DNA of 26,426 nucleotides, taken from the IMG/VR virus record IMGVR_UViG_2540341016_000013; one strand, written 5' to 3'. The DNA comes from a virus (lineage: Duplodnaviria; Heunggongvirae; Uroviricota; Caudoviricetes). Positions within the stretch are counted from its first letter, which is position 1, and every line of letters begins with the position of its first letter. Below the pieces are notes generated by a model that saw only the letters and a program-made list of their open reading frames with translations, searched no databases and had not been told where the DNA came from. Of the stretch, positions 25,837 through 26,426 are shown one piece after another. Position numbers and translations under genes: made by a program.

Positions 25837-26187
25837 TTAAAGCCCCATCGCAACAGCCAGGCAGACCGCTGCAACAATCAGTGCACGGCGGATTAACGCA
25901 GCAGAAAACACCAGGTGAAGGCCGGTCTGTACCGGGAAACGCCCTTCAGCCATCAGCCTGTCGTCATGTTTCAGGTACTGACCGGGACGGGCTTTGGGGA
26001 AGAGCGAACGGTCAAGCCAGTAACCCAGCACTGCTGCCAGCGTGATGAGTGCCAGCTTGTAGATCACAACAGGCAGCTGCTGTGGTGAGACCAGAGCGAT
26101 GGTGCCCAGCAACAGCACTGAGGTCAGCAGCCAGCCGCTGAGGCGAGGTTTTTTAACAGGGGGAATGAATTTTTTCAGGTTTTTCAT
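25837..26187 (-). CDS. Holin-like membrane protein
   Basis: 116 aa with 2-3 predicted TM helices directly upstream of the endolysin. Start set at the ATG at 26185-26187, which has an AAGGAGA SD; the upstream GTG/ATG lack one. Confidence 0.5.
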   Translation of the reverse strand: MKNLKKFIPPVKKPRLSGWLLTSVLLLGTIALVSPQQLPVVIYKLALITLAAVLGYWLDRSLFPKARPGQYLKHDDRLMAEGRFPVQTGLHLVFSAALIRRALIVAAVCLAVAMGL

Positions 26188-26286
26188 GTGTGTCTCCTTA
26201 TCTGGTGGAGACAGCATCACAAATACAGGGCGCGAAGGATTTTAAAGCGCGTTAAGAGAGCCGGGGATACGGGATGTGCAGGATAA

Positions 26287-26426
<140 letters not shown>

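Overview
The window is the right-hand (late/structural) portion of a Mu-like transposable prophage, all encoded on the minus strand, abutting a disrupted host nucleoside hydrolase gene and a partial IS1. From high to low coordinates the order is: lysis cassette (holin-like membrane protein, SLT-domain transglycosylase, embedded i-/o-spanin pair), two small conserved proteins, terminase small and large subunits, portal, head morphogenesis proteins, protease/scaffold, major capsid, head-tail connector proteins, sheath, tube, tail assembly chaperone, tape measure, baseplate proteins (U/X/D/V/W/J/I-like), tail fiber, a roughly 1.6 kb invertible tail-fiber cassette with a Gin/Hin/Cin/Pin-family serine invertase, and a Mu-type right end at about 1310. 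Outside the prophage lies a nucleoside hydrolase fragment (546-1309) truncated at both ends, then IS1 (1-545, insA complete, insB cut by the window edge). I found no dedicated cargo, defence or toxin gene: every sizeable ORF fits the phage backbone. The points most worth follow-up are an apparent frameshift at a 5-nt homopolymer in the tail fiber N-terminus, an invertible segment carrying only one tail-fiber chaperone, a 261-bp in-frame tandem duplication in the tape measure gene, and the Mu-type end with paired transposase-binding-like repeats. All calls rest on reading the supplied ORF translations and the sequence by eye; no database search was run.
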